Below are positions 45,011 through 56,252 of a stretch of 64,000 nt of DNA, piece by piece. Source of the stretch: Candidatus Gottesmanbacteria bacterium. Its GTDB lineage: Bacteria; Patescibacteriota; Microgenomatia; 2-02-FULL-39-11. Below the pieces are notes generated by a model that saw only the letters and a list, made by a program, of their open reading frames with translations, was not told where the DNA came from and made no database searches. The stretch is taken from positions 716,943 to 780,942 of the forward strand of contig JACPKY010000002.1 of NCBI GenBank assembly GCA_016186795.1, written 5' to 3'. How positions within the stretch are numbered: the first letter of the stretch is position 1; the number at the start of each line of letters is the position of its first letter. The translations under genes and the position numbers were made by a program.

Positions 45011-46512
45011 AATACCCAAGTAGATGTATGATGCGGATCTTTACACGCAACCCTCACGAAATGAAACGGTTGCTCGAAATCATCTTTCCTCTTCTTACGT
45101 GGTCAATTATTACACTCCCTGTGTGGCTATCTCCTTTCCACCCAGCAGTAGTTGCCTACTTTATTCTCACTTTTAATATCTATTTTTTTTACAAATCCTT
45201 TTCAGTTGCATTTTTTTCAACACTTTCATTCTTTCGCCTCTCAAGACTCTCGAAACATAATTGGCTTGAACAGGCAAAACTACTTCCTGAATATCGCAAA
45301 ATGTATCACGCGATCATCATCCCAAATTATAGGGAAGGTATAGAAAAGGTCAGAAGAACTCTTCAACAACTTACCATGCAGGACTTCCCTCTTAATCGAA
45401 TACTTATCATTTTAGCAATGGAAGAAAGAGAGGGGGAAACTGCAAAAATACGTGGAAATGAGTTGGTTGAAGAATTCGGAAAAACATTTGGATATTTCTC
45501 AGTAACATATCATCAAGATCTTCCAGGGGAAGTAAAAGGGAAAGCAAGTAATTCTGCCTGGGCTGGTAAAATGCTCGAAATCATCCTAAAGAAAAAAAAG
45601 ATCAATGAATCGTATGTTACAGTAACTTCATGCGATGCTGACTCTCTTCTCCCTCCAAAATACTTCTCGTACTTAACATATACGTTTTTAACGGACGATA
45701 ACCGTACCTATCATTTTTACTGGGCACCGGTACTTCTTTATAGTAATTTCTGGGAGATCTCATTGCCAATTCGCTTGCAGGCAACAATTTCCAGTATCGT
45801 TCGACTAGCCTGTCTCTCACGTCCTGATTCACTCATACAGATTTCTACGTATAGTTTGTCGTTTGCTATGCTCAAAAAAATTGGGTATTGGGACACGGAC
45901 ATCATTCCTGAAGACTGGCATATTTTCTTGCAAGCATTCTTCCAACTTGGGGAAAAAGTCCGTACGGTACCGTTGTATCTTGTTATCACAAGAGATGCTG
46001 TCAACGGAACAAATCTTCTAAAAACACTCCATTCACGGTATGAACAAGAAAAGCGATGGGCATGGGGAATTACTGATATTCCTTATGCGGTACATAAATT
46101 CTTCACAACTCCTCATATACCAATTCTTCCTAAATTTTTTCGTGTATTCTATGTCATAGAAAATCATATTCTCTGGCCTGCCTCTTTTTTCCTCCTAACG
46201 TTTGCCGCATCAATCCCTGCTCTTATAAATCCTCAATTCTCTCGCACGGCACTTGGTTACAATCTTCCAAAGATGTCAGGAATTATTCTTACCGTCACGC
46301 TTCTATTTATTGTTGTATTAATCGTACTTGATAGTAAATCTAGACCGAAAAGACCATCAACATATTCAGTTGCAAAAACACCTCTTTTAATTTTCCAATG
46401 GATTCTTCTACCTGTGGTATCTTTCTTCTTTTCCTCCCTTCCAGCCCTTGAAGCTCATACGAGACTCCTCCTTGGCAAACGATTGGAATATAAGGTTACT
46501 GAAAAATTCTAA
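45004..46512 (+). CDS. Membrane-embedded processive family-2 glycosyltransferase (cellulose/chitin-synthase-like, with QxxRW)
   Basis: N-terminal TMs, a GT-A domain AIIIPNYREG...VTSCDADSLL (DXD), the Q-E-K-R-W motif in YEQEKRWAWG, and C-terminal TMs. Confidence 0.7.
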   Translation: MVKYPSRCMMRIFTRNPHEMKRLLEIIFPLLTWSIITLPVWLSPFHPAVVAYFILTFNIYFFYKSFSVAFFSTLSFFRLSRLSKHNWLEQAKLLPEYRKMYHAIIIPNYREGIEKVRRTLQQLTMQDFPLNRILIILAMEEREGETAKIRGNELVEEFGKTFGYFSVTYHQDLPGEVKGKASNSAWAGKMLEIILKKKKINESYVTVTSCDADSLLPPKYFSYLTYTFLTDDNRTYHFYWAPVLLYSNFWEISLPIRLQATISSIVRLACLSRPDSLIQISTYSLSFAMLKKIGYWDTDIIPEDWHIFLQAFFQLGEKVRTVPLYLVITRDAVNGTNLLKTLHSRYEQEKRWAWGITDIPYAVHKFFTTPHIPILPKFFRVFYVIENHILWPASFFLLTFAASIPALINPQFSRTALGYNLPKMSGIILTVTLLFIVVLIVLDSKSRPKRPSTYSVAKTPLLIFQWILLPVVSFFFSSLPALEAHTRLLLGKRLEYKVTEKF

Positions 46513-47792
46513 TGCTCCAGTATATCCTGTATCATACACCGCTTTTTTACTTCATCCAGTCAATCTGGAGAGACGAAGCTTTCTCCTATTTCATGTCATT
46601 ACCCTCAGCTTTCTCTATCATCCAAAACACAGCCCAAGATTTCAATCCACCTTTTTACTATCTTACTCTTCATTTTTGGATTGCAATATTTGGAAAATCT
46701 GACATTGGACTTCGTCTTCTATCATTTCTGCCACATGTCGGAAGTACATACATAGCATATCTACTCTCCCGCAGATTTTTTTCTAATCGTTTTTCTGTCT
46801 TTGTTGCACTCTTCACATTTTTTAACCCAATGCTCCTTTACTATGCATTCGAAATACGCATGTATTCATTCTATGCACTTTTTACATTCGCAAGTATTTA
46901 TTTCCTAATCCAAAAGCAATGGAAATGGTATGTTTTCTCTGCTGTACTTGGACTTTATACACATTCATTTTTCCCTCTTGTTATAGTTTCGTTCGCGATA
47001 TATTTTCTCTTCGTGAACCATTCTGGAAAAAAGATTTTCCTGCGCATACTACAACCACTTATATTCTATCTTCCTTGGATGCCAATACTTCTTAACCAAT
47101 TTATCAGATCAAAAGATTCCTGGATATTTCCCGTTGATTTCCAACTTGTAAAATCTGTCCTTGGAAATATATTTACTTCCTATGAAGGAACTCCAGGTGA
47201 TATATGGCATTATACTGGACTACTTTCACTTTTTATCTTTGCATTCTTCGTTTTTGGCATCATGAAGAAACCAAAAACGGCACTATTATTTTTCATACCA
47301 ATTGTTATTCCTCTCCTTCTCGTTTTGACTTATTCATTTATACGCCGACCTATCTTTGTTAACCGATATCTCATCTTTGTCGCTGTTTTTGAAATCTTGG
47401 GGGTTAGCTTCGGAATTTGGGTAATAAAAAATCGGATTATTAGAAATATTGCTGTCGCAGCTTGGTTCTCTTTGATCCTTCTCATCAACCTATTTCTTCC
47501 ACCTTTTCATAAGAAAACTGATTTCAAAATGACATTTGCAGAAATAAATAGTTTTTCAACGAAAAATGATTATGTCTATGCAAAAACTCCAATTAGCTTT
47601 CTTGAATCTGCATATTATTATATCTATCCAGAAAATGTATTTATTTATAATCCGAATGACATTACCATCCCAAGCTACATTGGTACCACTGTTGTCTTCC
47701 CATTAGCCTCTCAAAAAACTTTTCCTCCGGCTCCGTCTCGCACTTTTCTGATTGCTGATGATGGTACTTATGACATCGTTATAAGTCGATAA
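46512..47792 (+). CDS. GT-C fold glycosyltransferase (PMT/ArnT/YkcB-like, GT39/GT83)
   Basis: A first-loop SIWRDEAFSY (DE motif) and PPFYYLTLHFW, and the protein is polytopic with about 11 TM. Confidence 0.55.
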   Translation: MLQYILYHTPLFYFIQSIWRDEAFSYFMSLPSAFSIIQNTAQDFNPPFYYLTLHFWIAIFGKSDIGLRLLSFLPHVGSTYIAYLLSRRFFSNRFSVFVALFTFFNPMLLYYAFEIRMYSFYALFTFASIYFLIQKQWKWYVFSAVLGLYTHSFFPLVIVSFAIYFLFVNHSGKKIFLRILQPLIFYLPWMPILLNQFIRSKDSWIFPVDFQLVKSVLGNIFTSYEGTPGDIWHYTGLLSLFIFAFFVFGIMKKPKTALLFFIPIVIPLLLVLTYSFIRRPIFVNRYLIFVAVFEILGVSFGIWVIKNRIIRNIAVAAWFSLILLINLFLPPFHKKTDFKMTFAEINSFSTKNDYVYAKTPISFLESAYYYIYPENVFIYNPNDITIPSYIGTTVVFPLASQKTFPPAPSRTFLIADDGTYDIVISR

Positions 47793-47801
47793 CACCATGC
47801 C

Positions 47802-48161
47802 ATGCTTGAACAGACAAATACTCCCTCTCTTTTGAACGATCCAATCATACGAAAGTCATTTTCTGCAACGCTTTTTTTCTTCCTTCTTTTTTTTCTTCTC
47901 TTTATCTGGAAATGGTCATCCTTTCCATCTGAACTTCCTCTCTACTATACTCGACCTCGAGGACCAGAGCAGCTTGGCTCTATGTGGGAGCTTTTACTCC
48001 TTCCAATACTTTCTCTAAGCATCTTTCTCATTCACTTTTTTATTGCCTCGCGCTTATTTAAGAGAGAAAAACTCCTTTCTCAACTTCTTATGATTTCCCA
48101 AACGGTTATTATTGCACTTCTGTTCATTACCTGTGCACAAATAATTTTTTTAATAACCTAA
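47802..48161 (+). CDS. Small membrane protein (hypothetical) within glycan cluster
   Basis: Three hydrophobic helices. It sits between the GT-C and WecA-like genes. Confidence 0.3.
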   Translation: MLEQTNTPSLLNDPIIRKSFSATLFFFLLFFLLFIWKWSSFPSELPLYYTRPRGPEQLGSMWELLLLPILSLSIFLIHFFIASRLFKREKLLSQLLMISQTVIIALLFITCAQIIFLIT

Positions 48162-49250
48162 ATGCTCATTCTACTTTTGCTTTTAGCACTCATTCTTTCG
48201 GCGTCTATTACATATCTCACGACTCCTTTTGTTATACGCCTGGCAAGAAAATTACAACTTGTTGACGATCCGTCGCTTCGACCACATCCTGCTCATACAC
48301 ATAAGGGGAAACTTCCTCGGGCTGGTGGTCTTGCCATATTTAGTGGTATTTTTATTTCTCTTTTTCTTGTTTCAGCACCTCACACAATTATCTTTGGGAT
48401 TTTCATAAGTGCAGCAATTTTGGTTTTAGTCGGTATTTGGGATGATCGAAAGGACCGTTCACCATATATCCGCTTTGCAACAAACTCTCTGGCAACACTT
48501 CTTGTTATTATTGCGGGAATAAGCATTCCTTATATCACGAATCCTTTTGGAGGTATTATTCAGCTTGACGCATTTCAAGTTTCTTTCACATTGGTAGGAC
48601 TTCCTCTGACGATTACGGCAGCTCATGTGGTTGCCTTCTTGTGGATTGTATGGATGACCAATATTATTGGCTGGTCTGGTGGAGTTGACGGTCAACTTCC
48701 AGGATTTGTATCTATAAGTGCATTTGTCATCGGTCTTCTTTCTCTACGATATGCAACGGTTGATGAAAATCAAGTTCATGTCACACTCTTATCGTTTGCA
48801 ACCGCTGGAGCATTTTTGGGGTTTCTGCCATGGAATTTTTATCCTCAAAAAATTATGCCTGGATATGGAGGAAAAACGCTTGCAGGTTTTCTCCTTGCAG
48901 TACTTTCTATTCTTTCTTTTAGTAAATTAGGAACTGCGCTTCTTGTTCTCGTAATTCCTTTTACAGATGCAATATTTATTCTTTTTCAACGACTCCTCTC
49001 AAAACGGTCTCCGATGCATGCATCATCGAACCATCTCCACCACCATTTACTTGCACTCGGCTGGGGAAGACGAAAAATTGCCGTCTTTTATTGGATTATC
49101 TCAGCATTAACTGGTACCGCCAGTCTTATTCTGAATAGTAAACAAAAAGTATTTGTGGTGCTTCTGGTACTTGTTTTGACAGCAGGATTTATACTGTGGA
49201 TCAATTTCCTGATAAAACTACCACATAAGTGGCGGGAAGAAGAGTACTAA
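48162..49250 (+). CDS. Polyprenyl-phosphate N-acetylhexosamine-1-phosphate transferase (WecA/TagO/MraY family, GT4 superfamily)
   Basis: ...LPRAGGLAIFSG..., VLVGIWDDRKD (DDxxD), and about 10 TM. It has the WecA-like topology. Confidence 0.7.
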   Translation: MLILLLLLALILSASITYLTTPFVIRLARKLQLVDDPSLRPHPAHTHKGKLPRAGGLAIFSGIFISLFLVSAPHTIIFGIFISAAILVLVGIWDDRKDRSPYIRFATNSLATLLVIIAGISIPYITNPFGGIIQLDAFQVSFTLVGLPLTITAAHVVAFLWIVWMTNIIGWSGGVDGQLPGFVSISAFVIGLLSLRYATVDENQVHVTLLSFATAGAFLGFLPWNFYPQKIMPGYGGKTLAGFLLAVLSILSFSKLGTALLVLVIPFTDAIFILFQRLLSKRSPMHASSNHLHHHLLALGWGRRKIAVFYWIISALTGTASLILNSKQKVFVVLLVLVLTAGFILWINFLIKLPHKWREEEY

Positions 49251-50087
49251 TTAATTCGCTTTTTCAGCGTATCGAGAAGAAACCCACCCCTCCTTATTTG
49301 TCTGGAAGGAAATCTTGTACCAACCTTGACTTTCATCAAGTAAAGGAAATTTTTCTCCTGGTTTCACTTGCCCAATTTCTGTAGCGGAAGTTGATGCGCT
49401 TGATCGTACACGAAGAAAACCTGTAGGAGTGTCTTTTATAAGAATTGATGGACCGGTCGATGCCTTACTATCAATAATCCCTGAACTAGAGGCGATGGTT
49501 GGACTGGGTGTAATTGCTCCGCCTGATAATGCTAACTGAAATTGCACCACAACTTTATATCCCGCTGTCGCTTGAATCCTTGTAGTTCTACTCACAAATC
49601 CAGCAGATGTTACAGTAACATCATGGTCTCCGATAGTTACAGAAAAAGTCGTTGGTGTTATCGCTTTTTCTTGACCATCAAGCAAAATTGTTGCAGCATC
49701 AGGCTGAGAAGAAACAGAAACCTGTGATTCACTTCCGGATATTTTTTCGAGAGTGAGCACTTCACCACTTGATGTTAATTCGCTTACACCTAACTGCCGG
49801 TTTACATACGTCAAAACAGATGGATAAATAGAGATGTTCCCTTGCCAAGAAGACGATTGTGTCGCGGCATCCTGCGGTATGAGTTTCAAGATATACTTGC
49901 CTGCTCGTTGCTTATCTTCAATCGGAGTTTCCCCAACAAGTTTATCGTTAAGAAATACAGATGTTCTGGGTGTTGATTCTACACGCAATCCCCCAATTGC
50001 TGAAGTATTAAGGGAAAGAAATTTAAATCCCCCAATTGCAGCAACAAGAACTACAATACATACAATGATAAGCGCTTTCTTATTCAT
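49251..50087 (-). CDS. Secreted protein with PEGA domains and C-terminal SH3b domain
   Basis: Signal anchor, PEGA-like VFLNDKLVGETP and ILLDGQEKAITPTTFSV, and a C-terminal GQVKPGEKFPLLDESQGWYKISF (SH3b-like). Confidence 0.5.
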   Translation of the reverse strand: MNKKALIIVCIVVLVAAIGGFKFLSLNTSAIGGLRVESTPRTSVFLNDKLVGETPIEDKQRAGKYILKLIPQDAATQSSSWQGNISIYPSVLTYVNRQLGVSELTSSGEVLTLEKISGSESQVSVSSQPDAATILLDGQEKAITPTTFSVTIGDHDVTVTSAGFVSRTTRIQATAGYKVVVQFQLALSGGAITPSPTIASSSGIIDSKASTGPSILIKDTPTGFLRVRSSASTSATEIGQVKPGEKFPLLDESQGWYKISFQTNKEGWVSSRYAEKAN

Positions 50088-50156
50088 ATGCCCACTATAT
50101 CATCCTAAACCCGCTTTTTCAAGGAAAAATGAGAGAAACCATTGAGCTTTCTTCAA

Positions 50157-50189
50157 CAAAAAATCCCGAGGAGTCCTCGGGATTTTTTG
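50157..50189. terminator. Bidirectional rho-independent terminator downstream of groEL
   Basis: AAAAAATCCCGAGG-agt-CCTCGGGATTTTTT forms a 9-10-bp GC-rich stem flanked by an A-run and a T-run, between the groEL stop and the PEGA gene start. Confidence 0.7.
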
Positions 50190-50202
50190 TTCATTTTCAT
50201 TG

Positions 50203-51858
<1,656 letters not shown>

Positions 51859-51872
51859 TTAAAATATATAAA

Positions 51873-52175
51873 TTATTCAACAATTGCGAGAATATCTTTT
51901 TGTTCAACGAGTAACCACTCTTCATTTCCGACTTTGATTTCATTCCCACCCCATTTTTTATACATCACTGTTTGACCAACCTTCACCATCATAGGAACCT
52001 TGTCACCTTTTTCATTTGTTGTCCCAGCACCAACTGCCATAATTTTTCCCATTTGGGGCTTTTCTTTTGCTGTTTCAGGAAGAACAATTCCTGATGCTGT
52101 CTTTGTTTCTCCTTCCAGTGGTTTAATGAGAACATTGTCAAATAGTGGCTTGATTGATTTTGAACTAATTGTCAT
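51873..52175 (-). CDS. groES: Co-chaperonin GroES
   Basis: IKPLFDNVLIKPLEGETKTASGIVLPETAKEKPQMGKIMAVG. The start was set at the Met preceded by AAGGAGG plus 7 nt. The ORF-track N-terminal extension is rejected. Confidence 0.9.
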   Translation of the reverse strand: MTISSKSIKPLFDNVLIKPLEGETKTASGIVLPETAKEKPQMGKIMAVGAGTTNEKGDKVPMMVKVGQTVMYKKWGGNEIKVGNEEWLLVEQKDILAIVE

Positions 52176-52196
52176 ATCAACCTCCTTCTTTAGATT

Positions 52197-52223
52197 TTGG
52201 CACTTGAATAATGTGATTGCTAT
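52197..52223. promoter_or_regulatory. Degenerate CIRCE-like inverted repeat upstream of groES
   Basis: TTGGCACTT-gaataatgt-GATTGCTAT matches the CIRCE consensus at 7/9 and 7/9 positions, about 20 bp upstream of the groES SD. Confidence 0.4.
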
Positions 52224-52246
52224 TTTAAAAGGAGAGAAAAAACTTG

Positions 52247-53170
52247 TCAAGGGGGGTTTTCATATTCGATATTGAAAGCCCTAAAAGGTAATTTGAGATT
52301 ATACCTTCTACATTTTTCTTTGAATAATCTCAATATTCTTTTCCCTGCATCGTCTGGATGAAACTGAATTACACCATCGCGTATTACCTCTGACGTTCGT
52401 TTTTTTTTCATGTATCGAAGCTGCAAGTGCTTGAAAAAATATTCTATTGGAGAAATAAAACTATATCGGTTGTTAGTAAAATCCCGATTGAAAAGGAGAG
52501 AAGATTGCCTCAAAGTCCAAGCGTTCGGTAAAAATTTCCTCACCCAACTATTTTCCTTAAGAATTTTGCGGAATGTATCATTCCTTTCCCAGAGTATTTT
52601 CATTTGCATCAGTTCATACGCAGTGTAAAGATTCTGTTCTTTTGTGAGAATCTCTAAGTGCTGAGTATCAAGATACATATTCAGACAAAGCTTGCCGCTA
52701 TAGGATTTTTCGTTTGGATGACGACGGATACCCAATATCTCATAAAGAACGGTCATAAAAAATCGTGTTGTCCAGATATACCCTGGTTTGGTTACAATGA
52801 GTAAATCAATATCATCATTCTTAGTCCCAAATTCAACTGCAAGGGCACCTGTAAGCGCAACCAATTCAACAGTGGGAACGATACGAAGTATGCGAGTATA
52901 TTTTTGAGCAAGTCGAATCTTTTCCAAGGAGTATTTCTGTCGTATTTTTCGCTCCACAATTCCGCTAATACTTCCTTTTACAAAGTAATACTCGTTTTTC
53001 TTTTGAACACCCGATATTTGTCGTAAATTCTTTTTGAGCTCATCTTGCCAGTTGTTATCTGATAGTTTCGTCAGAATCAGCCTTGTTCGTATTTCACCAA
53101 TCGTGAGAGGATAACGGAAAACGTCACTATAGAGAAGCGTTGCGAGAATGCTTTGCTTTAAAAATTGCAT
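52247..53170 (-). CDS. Nucleotidyltransferase-fold (Pol-beta-like minimal NTase motif) protein of unknown function
   Basis: ALTGALAVEFGTKNDDIDLLIV fits the G[GS]x9-13Dx[DE] pattern of the NTase fold, with an N-terminal helical (wH-like) region. 307 aa, immediately upstream of groES. Confidence 0.4.
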   Translation of the reverse strand: MQFLKQSILATLLYSDVFRYPLTIGEIRTRLILTKLSDNNWQDELKKNLRQISGVQKKNEYYFVKGSISGIVERKIRQKYSLEKIRLAQKYTRILRIVPTVELVALTGALAVEFGTKNDDIDLLIVTKPGYIWTTRFFMTVLYEILGIRRHPNEKSYSGKLCLNMYLDTQHLEILTKEQNLYTAYELMQMKILWERNDTFRKILKENSWVRKFLPNAWTLRQSSLLFNRDFTNNRYSFISPIEYFFKHLQLRYMKKKRTSEVIRDGVIQFHPDDAGKRILRLFKEKCRRYNLKLPFRAFNIEYENPP

Positions 53171-53184
53171 GGTTACTACACGAA

Positions 53185-54786
53185 TTACTGAATGGCTGAA
53201 GAAATGTTAAAGCGGGAAAAAACTTGTTGAAAACCATTATCAGCAGTTTGCAGTGCAGTCTCAGGGCTAACACCTTGTGATAGAGAGTTTACCGCGTCTT
53301 TCATGTATTTTATAAGAGAGGTATTGAGTCCAGTCTCTCCATCTTCTGTTCTCGATGCTAACGGAAATGATTTCATCGTTGGTGCCATTTCTAATAATGG
53401 AGCAAGAAGCATATTATCCTTCAATGTGTTTGCTAAATCTACACGAGAGTACGGCTCTCCTAGTACTTGTCTTACTTGAATTTGCAAACCGTAGTATTTT
53501 GTCATAACTTCCGGACTTGATAGATATTTTAAAAACTGCCATGCTTCATCTTTATTCCGACTCTTACTTGAAACTCCCTCAACCCAATATGATGCCCAAT
53601 TCACTTGTGGGCAATTCTGACTACTACAGGGAAGTTGTGGAACTTTTGCGGTTTTAAAATTCAGGTTCGGATTTATAGCTCGAATTGCATCGATTTGCCA
53701 ACTCGGAGCAAATATTATCGCAGCATTACCTCGGGCAAATGCCACAATTGAATTCTCCAGTATCCCATCCCAGGTATTATTGGGGGCTTCAATAAAACGG
53801 TGATAAAAAGTCAATGCCTCAGTTGCACACGATTTAACCTGAGAATCAGCGCATGAAAAAAGTGACGTATGAAGATTGACTCCGTTTTGTAACATCATAA
53901 GAGCTAATATGTCGCTGAAGTGTCCAATATTTTCTGCGCCTCCTAATGCAATACCAGCAGTGACAATTCTTTCATTCTCTTTTACAGTCAAACGAGGAGC
54001 AACATTTTGCACGTCTACCCATGTAGTCGGAACAGAAACATTCGCATTTTTAAGTATATCCTCGTTATAGAAAAGCATTAATCCATCTATCTCAAGAGGT
54101 ATTCCGTAGAAATTTCCGTTCACTTTAAGATCCGAGGCGGCAATCGGGAAAAAAATTGAGGTGAACTCTCCATCGGAGTATATTGTTTTTGGAACAGGAT
54201 CAAGCTCTTCAACAAACATTGGGACCCAGGTATTGTGAAAACGAAATATATCAGGTCCTTCGTTACGGGCAATTGCTGCTTCAACTCTCTCCCTATACTG
54301 TTTCGGATCTTCGTTTACGTAGTTTATCGTAACATTGGGATGGGCTTTTTTATAATCGTCAAGAATAGGTTGTATAACTTCTTTTCCCTCCCATAGTCCC
54401 CAGTATGTCAGTGTTACCTCCTTTGGTGCGGGTTTTGATTGGAATAGTAACCGCACAATAAAAAAAAGTGCCACTACGAGTACAATTCCTGCAATAAGAA
54501 ACAGAAGTACTTTTCTTTTTTTGTTCTCCTCAAATGGAGGAGGTGGGGGAATAGTATCGGAGGGAGATTCTCCACTTGGTTCCGGTTGGAGCTGAGATGA
54601 TTCTTCTTCTTGTTCTGGTGGCTGCTCAGATCGAAGGTCTTCCTGACTTCTGGATGCATCTTCAACTGGCGCAGAAACAGCTTCCTGATAACTCGATTCT
54701 AAAGGGTTTGAAAATATTTCACCCGAGGAAGCTGTCGTATCTGCCGTTTTATCAGAACTCTCATCTTCTTTTTTTAAATTATCCAT
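53185..54786 (-). CDS. Family-1 extracellular solute-binding protein (MalE-like) anchored by an N-terminal TM with an acidic/Pro-rich cytoplasmic tail
   Basis: TLTYWGLWEGKEV...PDIFRFHNTWVP... is the SBP_bac_1 pattern. It is preceded by the TM VLLFLIAGIVLVVALFFIV and a cytoplasmic low-complexity segment of about 100 aa (EQPPEQEEESSQLQPEPSGESPSDTIPPPPP). Start set at the internal Met at 54786. Confidence 0.6.
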   Translation of the reverse strand: MDNLKKEDESSDKTADTTASSGEIFSNPLESSYQEAVSAPVEDASRSQEDLRSEQPPEQEEESSQLQPEPSGESPSDTIPPPPPFEENKKRKVLLFLIAGIVLVVALFFIVRLLFQSKPAPKEVTLTYWGLWEGKEVIQPILDDYKKAHPNVTINYVNEDPKQYRERVEAAIARNEGPDIFRFHNTWVPMFVEELDPVPKTIYSDGEFTSIFFPIAASDLKVNGNFYGIPLEIDGLMLFYNEDILKNANVSVPTTWVDVQNVAPRLTVKENERIVTAGIALGGAENIGHFSDILALMMLQNGVNLHTSLFSCADSQVKSCATEALTFYHRFIEAPNNTWDGILENSIVAFARGNAAIIFAPSWQIDAIRAINPNLNFKTAKVPQLPCSSQNCPQVNWASYWVEGVSSKSRNKDEAWQFLKYLSSPEVMTKYYGLQIQVRQVLGEPYSRVDLANTLKDNMLLAPLLEMAPTMKSFPLASRTEDGETGLNTSLIKYMKDAVNSLSQGVSPETALQTADNGFQQVFSRFNISSAIQ

Positions 54787-54795
54787 GCTTATGTT

Positions 54796-56247
54796 ATGAT
54801 AATCGACGCTACATCCATGGTCAAGAAAAAAACACCCCAACAAAATAATCCTCCCCCTTCTATTTCACGACTAGTTTTTCTCTCTGTCGTTATAGGAGGA
54901 ATTTTAATAACAATTCTTTCCACATCGCTACTGGCTCGATTCGAGAAAACATATAGCAACGTGAGCTATCCAGGAGTACGACTCGATGGAGTTTCTGTTT
55001 CTGGAAAAACAAAAAACGAGATTGAAACGTATTATGCCCAAAAAAGCGAACCTCTTTCCAGTCTTACTCTCACAATAACATATGAAGATAAAATTGCATC
55101 AATCTCAGGAGAAGACCTTGCTCTTTCCTTTGATGGGAAACTAGCTGCAGAGCAAGCATTCCGTATTGGAAGAAGTGGAAATATACTTTCCGACACGTAT
55201 CAGAAATGGAGAGCGTTTTCCAGTGGAATCAATCTTACAAGTATTCTCACGATGAAGACTGACGTTATTGATGATACACTTGCTAATCTTTCCATCGCAA
55301 TAAATATTGAGCCGCAAGATGCGCTATTTCAATTTAAAGAAGGAAAGGTGCTTTCTTTCCGTCCTTCGAAAGATGGAAGAAAACTTGATAATGAAGAGGC
55401 AAAGAAACATATCCAGAAGTCAATACTTTCGTTTACTCGCCAAGAAAATTTACAATCACCTCAAATCACTCTTGACCTGCCAGTTCGTATTGTTGAACCA
55501 AACATTACAACTGAAAATTCAAATAATTACGGTATTAAGGAACTCCTTGGAACAGGAAGCTCAAAATTTCGAGGTTCAATTCCTGGAAGAAAACACAATA
55601 TTGATCTTGCATCAAAGAAATTAAGCGGCCATTTAATTCCTCCAGGAGGCGAATTTTCATTCAACACCACACTTGGAGACGTATCCGCTTCAACTGGATT
55701 TCAACCTGCTTACATTATCAAAGAAGGGAGAACTGTCCTGGGTGATGGAGGGGGAGTTTGCCAAGTCTCTACGACACTTTTTCGAGCAGCTATTCAGGCA
55801 GGACTCCCGATTACTGAACGACATGCTCATTCATACCGCGTCGGTTACTATGAACAAGATTCTCCGCCCGGTATTGATGCTACAGTGTTTGCACCTTCCT
55901 ATGATCTGAAATTCAAAAATGACACATCTCACTATATACTCATTCAGTCTCGTGTTGATCTAGTGAACGAAACGCTCGAATTTGATTTATTTGGAACAAA
56001 AGATGGAAGGGAGATCGAAATAACAAAACCAGTTATTTATTCTCAGACTCCTCCTCCACCCGATCTCTATCAGGATGATCCAACCATTCCAAAAGACGTT
56101 ATTAAACAAGTAGACTGGAAAGCATGGGGCGCAAAGGTAAGTTTTGACTATAAAGTGAAAAAAAATGGCAGTCTCATTTTTGAGAAGTCATTCTTTTCTA
56201 ATTTCCAACCTTGGCAATCAGTATTTTTACGCGGCACAAAAGAGTAA
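54796..56247 (+). CDS. VanW-family protein
   Basis: N-terminal TM, then the VanW domain ...PPGGEFSFNTTLGDVSASTGFQPAYII...GDGGGVCQVSTTLFRAAIQAGL. Confidence 0.75.
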   Translation: MIIDATSMVKKKTPQQNNPPPSISRLVFLSVVIGGILITILSTSLLARFEKTYSNVSYPGVRLDGVSVSGKTKNEIETYYAQKSEPLSSLTLTITYEDKIASISGEDLALSFDGKLAAEQAFRIGRSGNILSDTYQKWRAFSSGINLTSILTMKTDVIDDTLANLSIAINIEPQDALFQFKEGKVLSFRPSKDGRKLDNEEAKKHIQKSILSFTRQENLQSPQITLDLPVRIVEPNITTENSNNYGIKELLGTGSSKFRGSIPGRKHNIDLASKKLSGHLIPPGGEFSFNTTLGDVSASTGFQPAYIIKEGRTVLGDGGGVCQVSTTLFRAAIQAGLPITERHAHSYRVGYYEQDSPPGIDATVFAPSYDLKFKNDTSHYILIQSRVDLVNETLEFDLFGTKDGREIEITKPVIYSQTPPPPDLYQDDPTIPKDVIKQVDWKAWGAKVSFDYKVKKNGSLIFEKSFFSNFQPWQSVFLRGTKE

Positions 56248-56252
56248 CAATC

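Noticed and set aside
51873-52250. A 125-aa GroES ORF with a 25-aa N-terminal extension.
   Set aside because: The internal Met at 52175 is preceded by AAGGAGG plus 7 nt and gives a canonical GroES of about 100 aa. The extension would also run through the CIRCE-like operator.
54786-54843. The 48-bp divergent overlap between the SBP ORF (start 54843) and the VanW ORF (start 54796).
   Set aside because: Divergent overlap of true starts is implausible. The internal Met at 54786 still places the SBP's acidic region and TM upstream of the binding domain, and VanW probably begins at 54796 or 54817.
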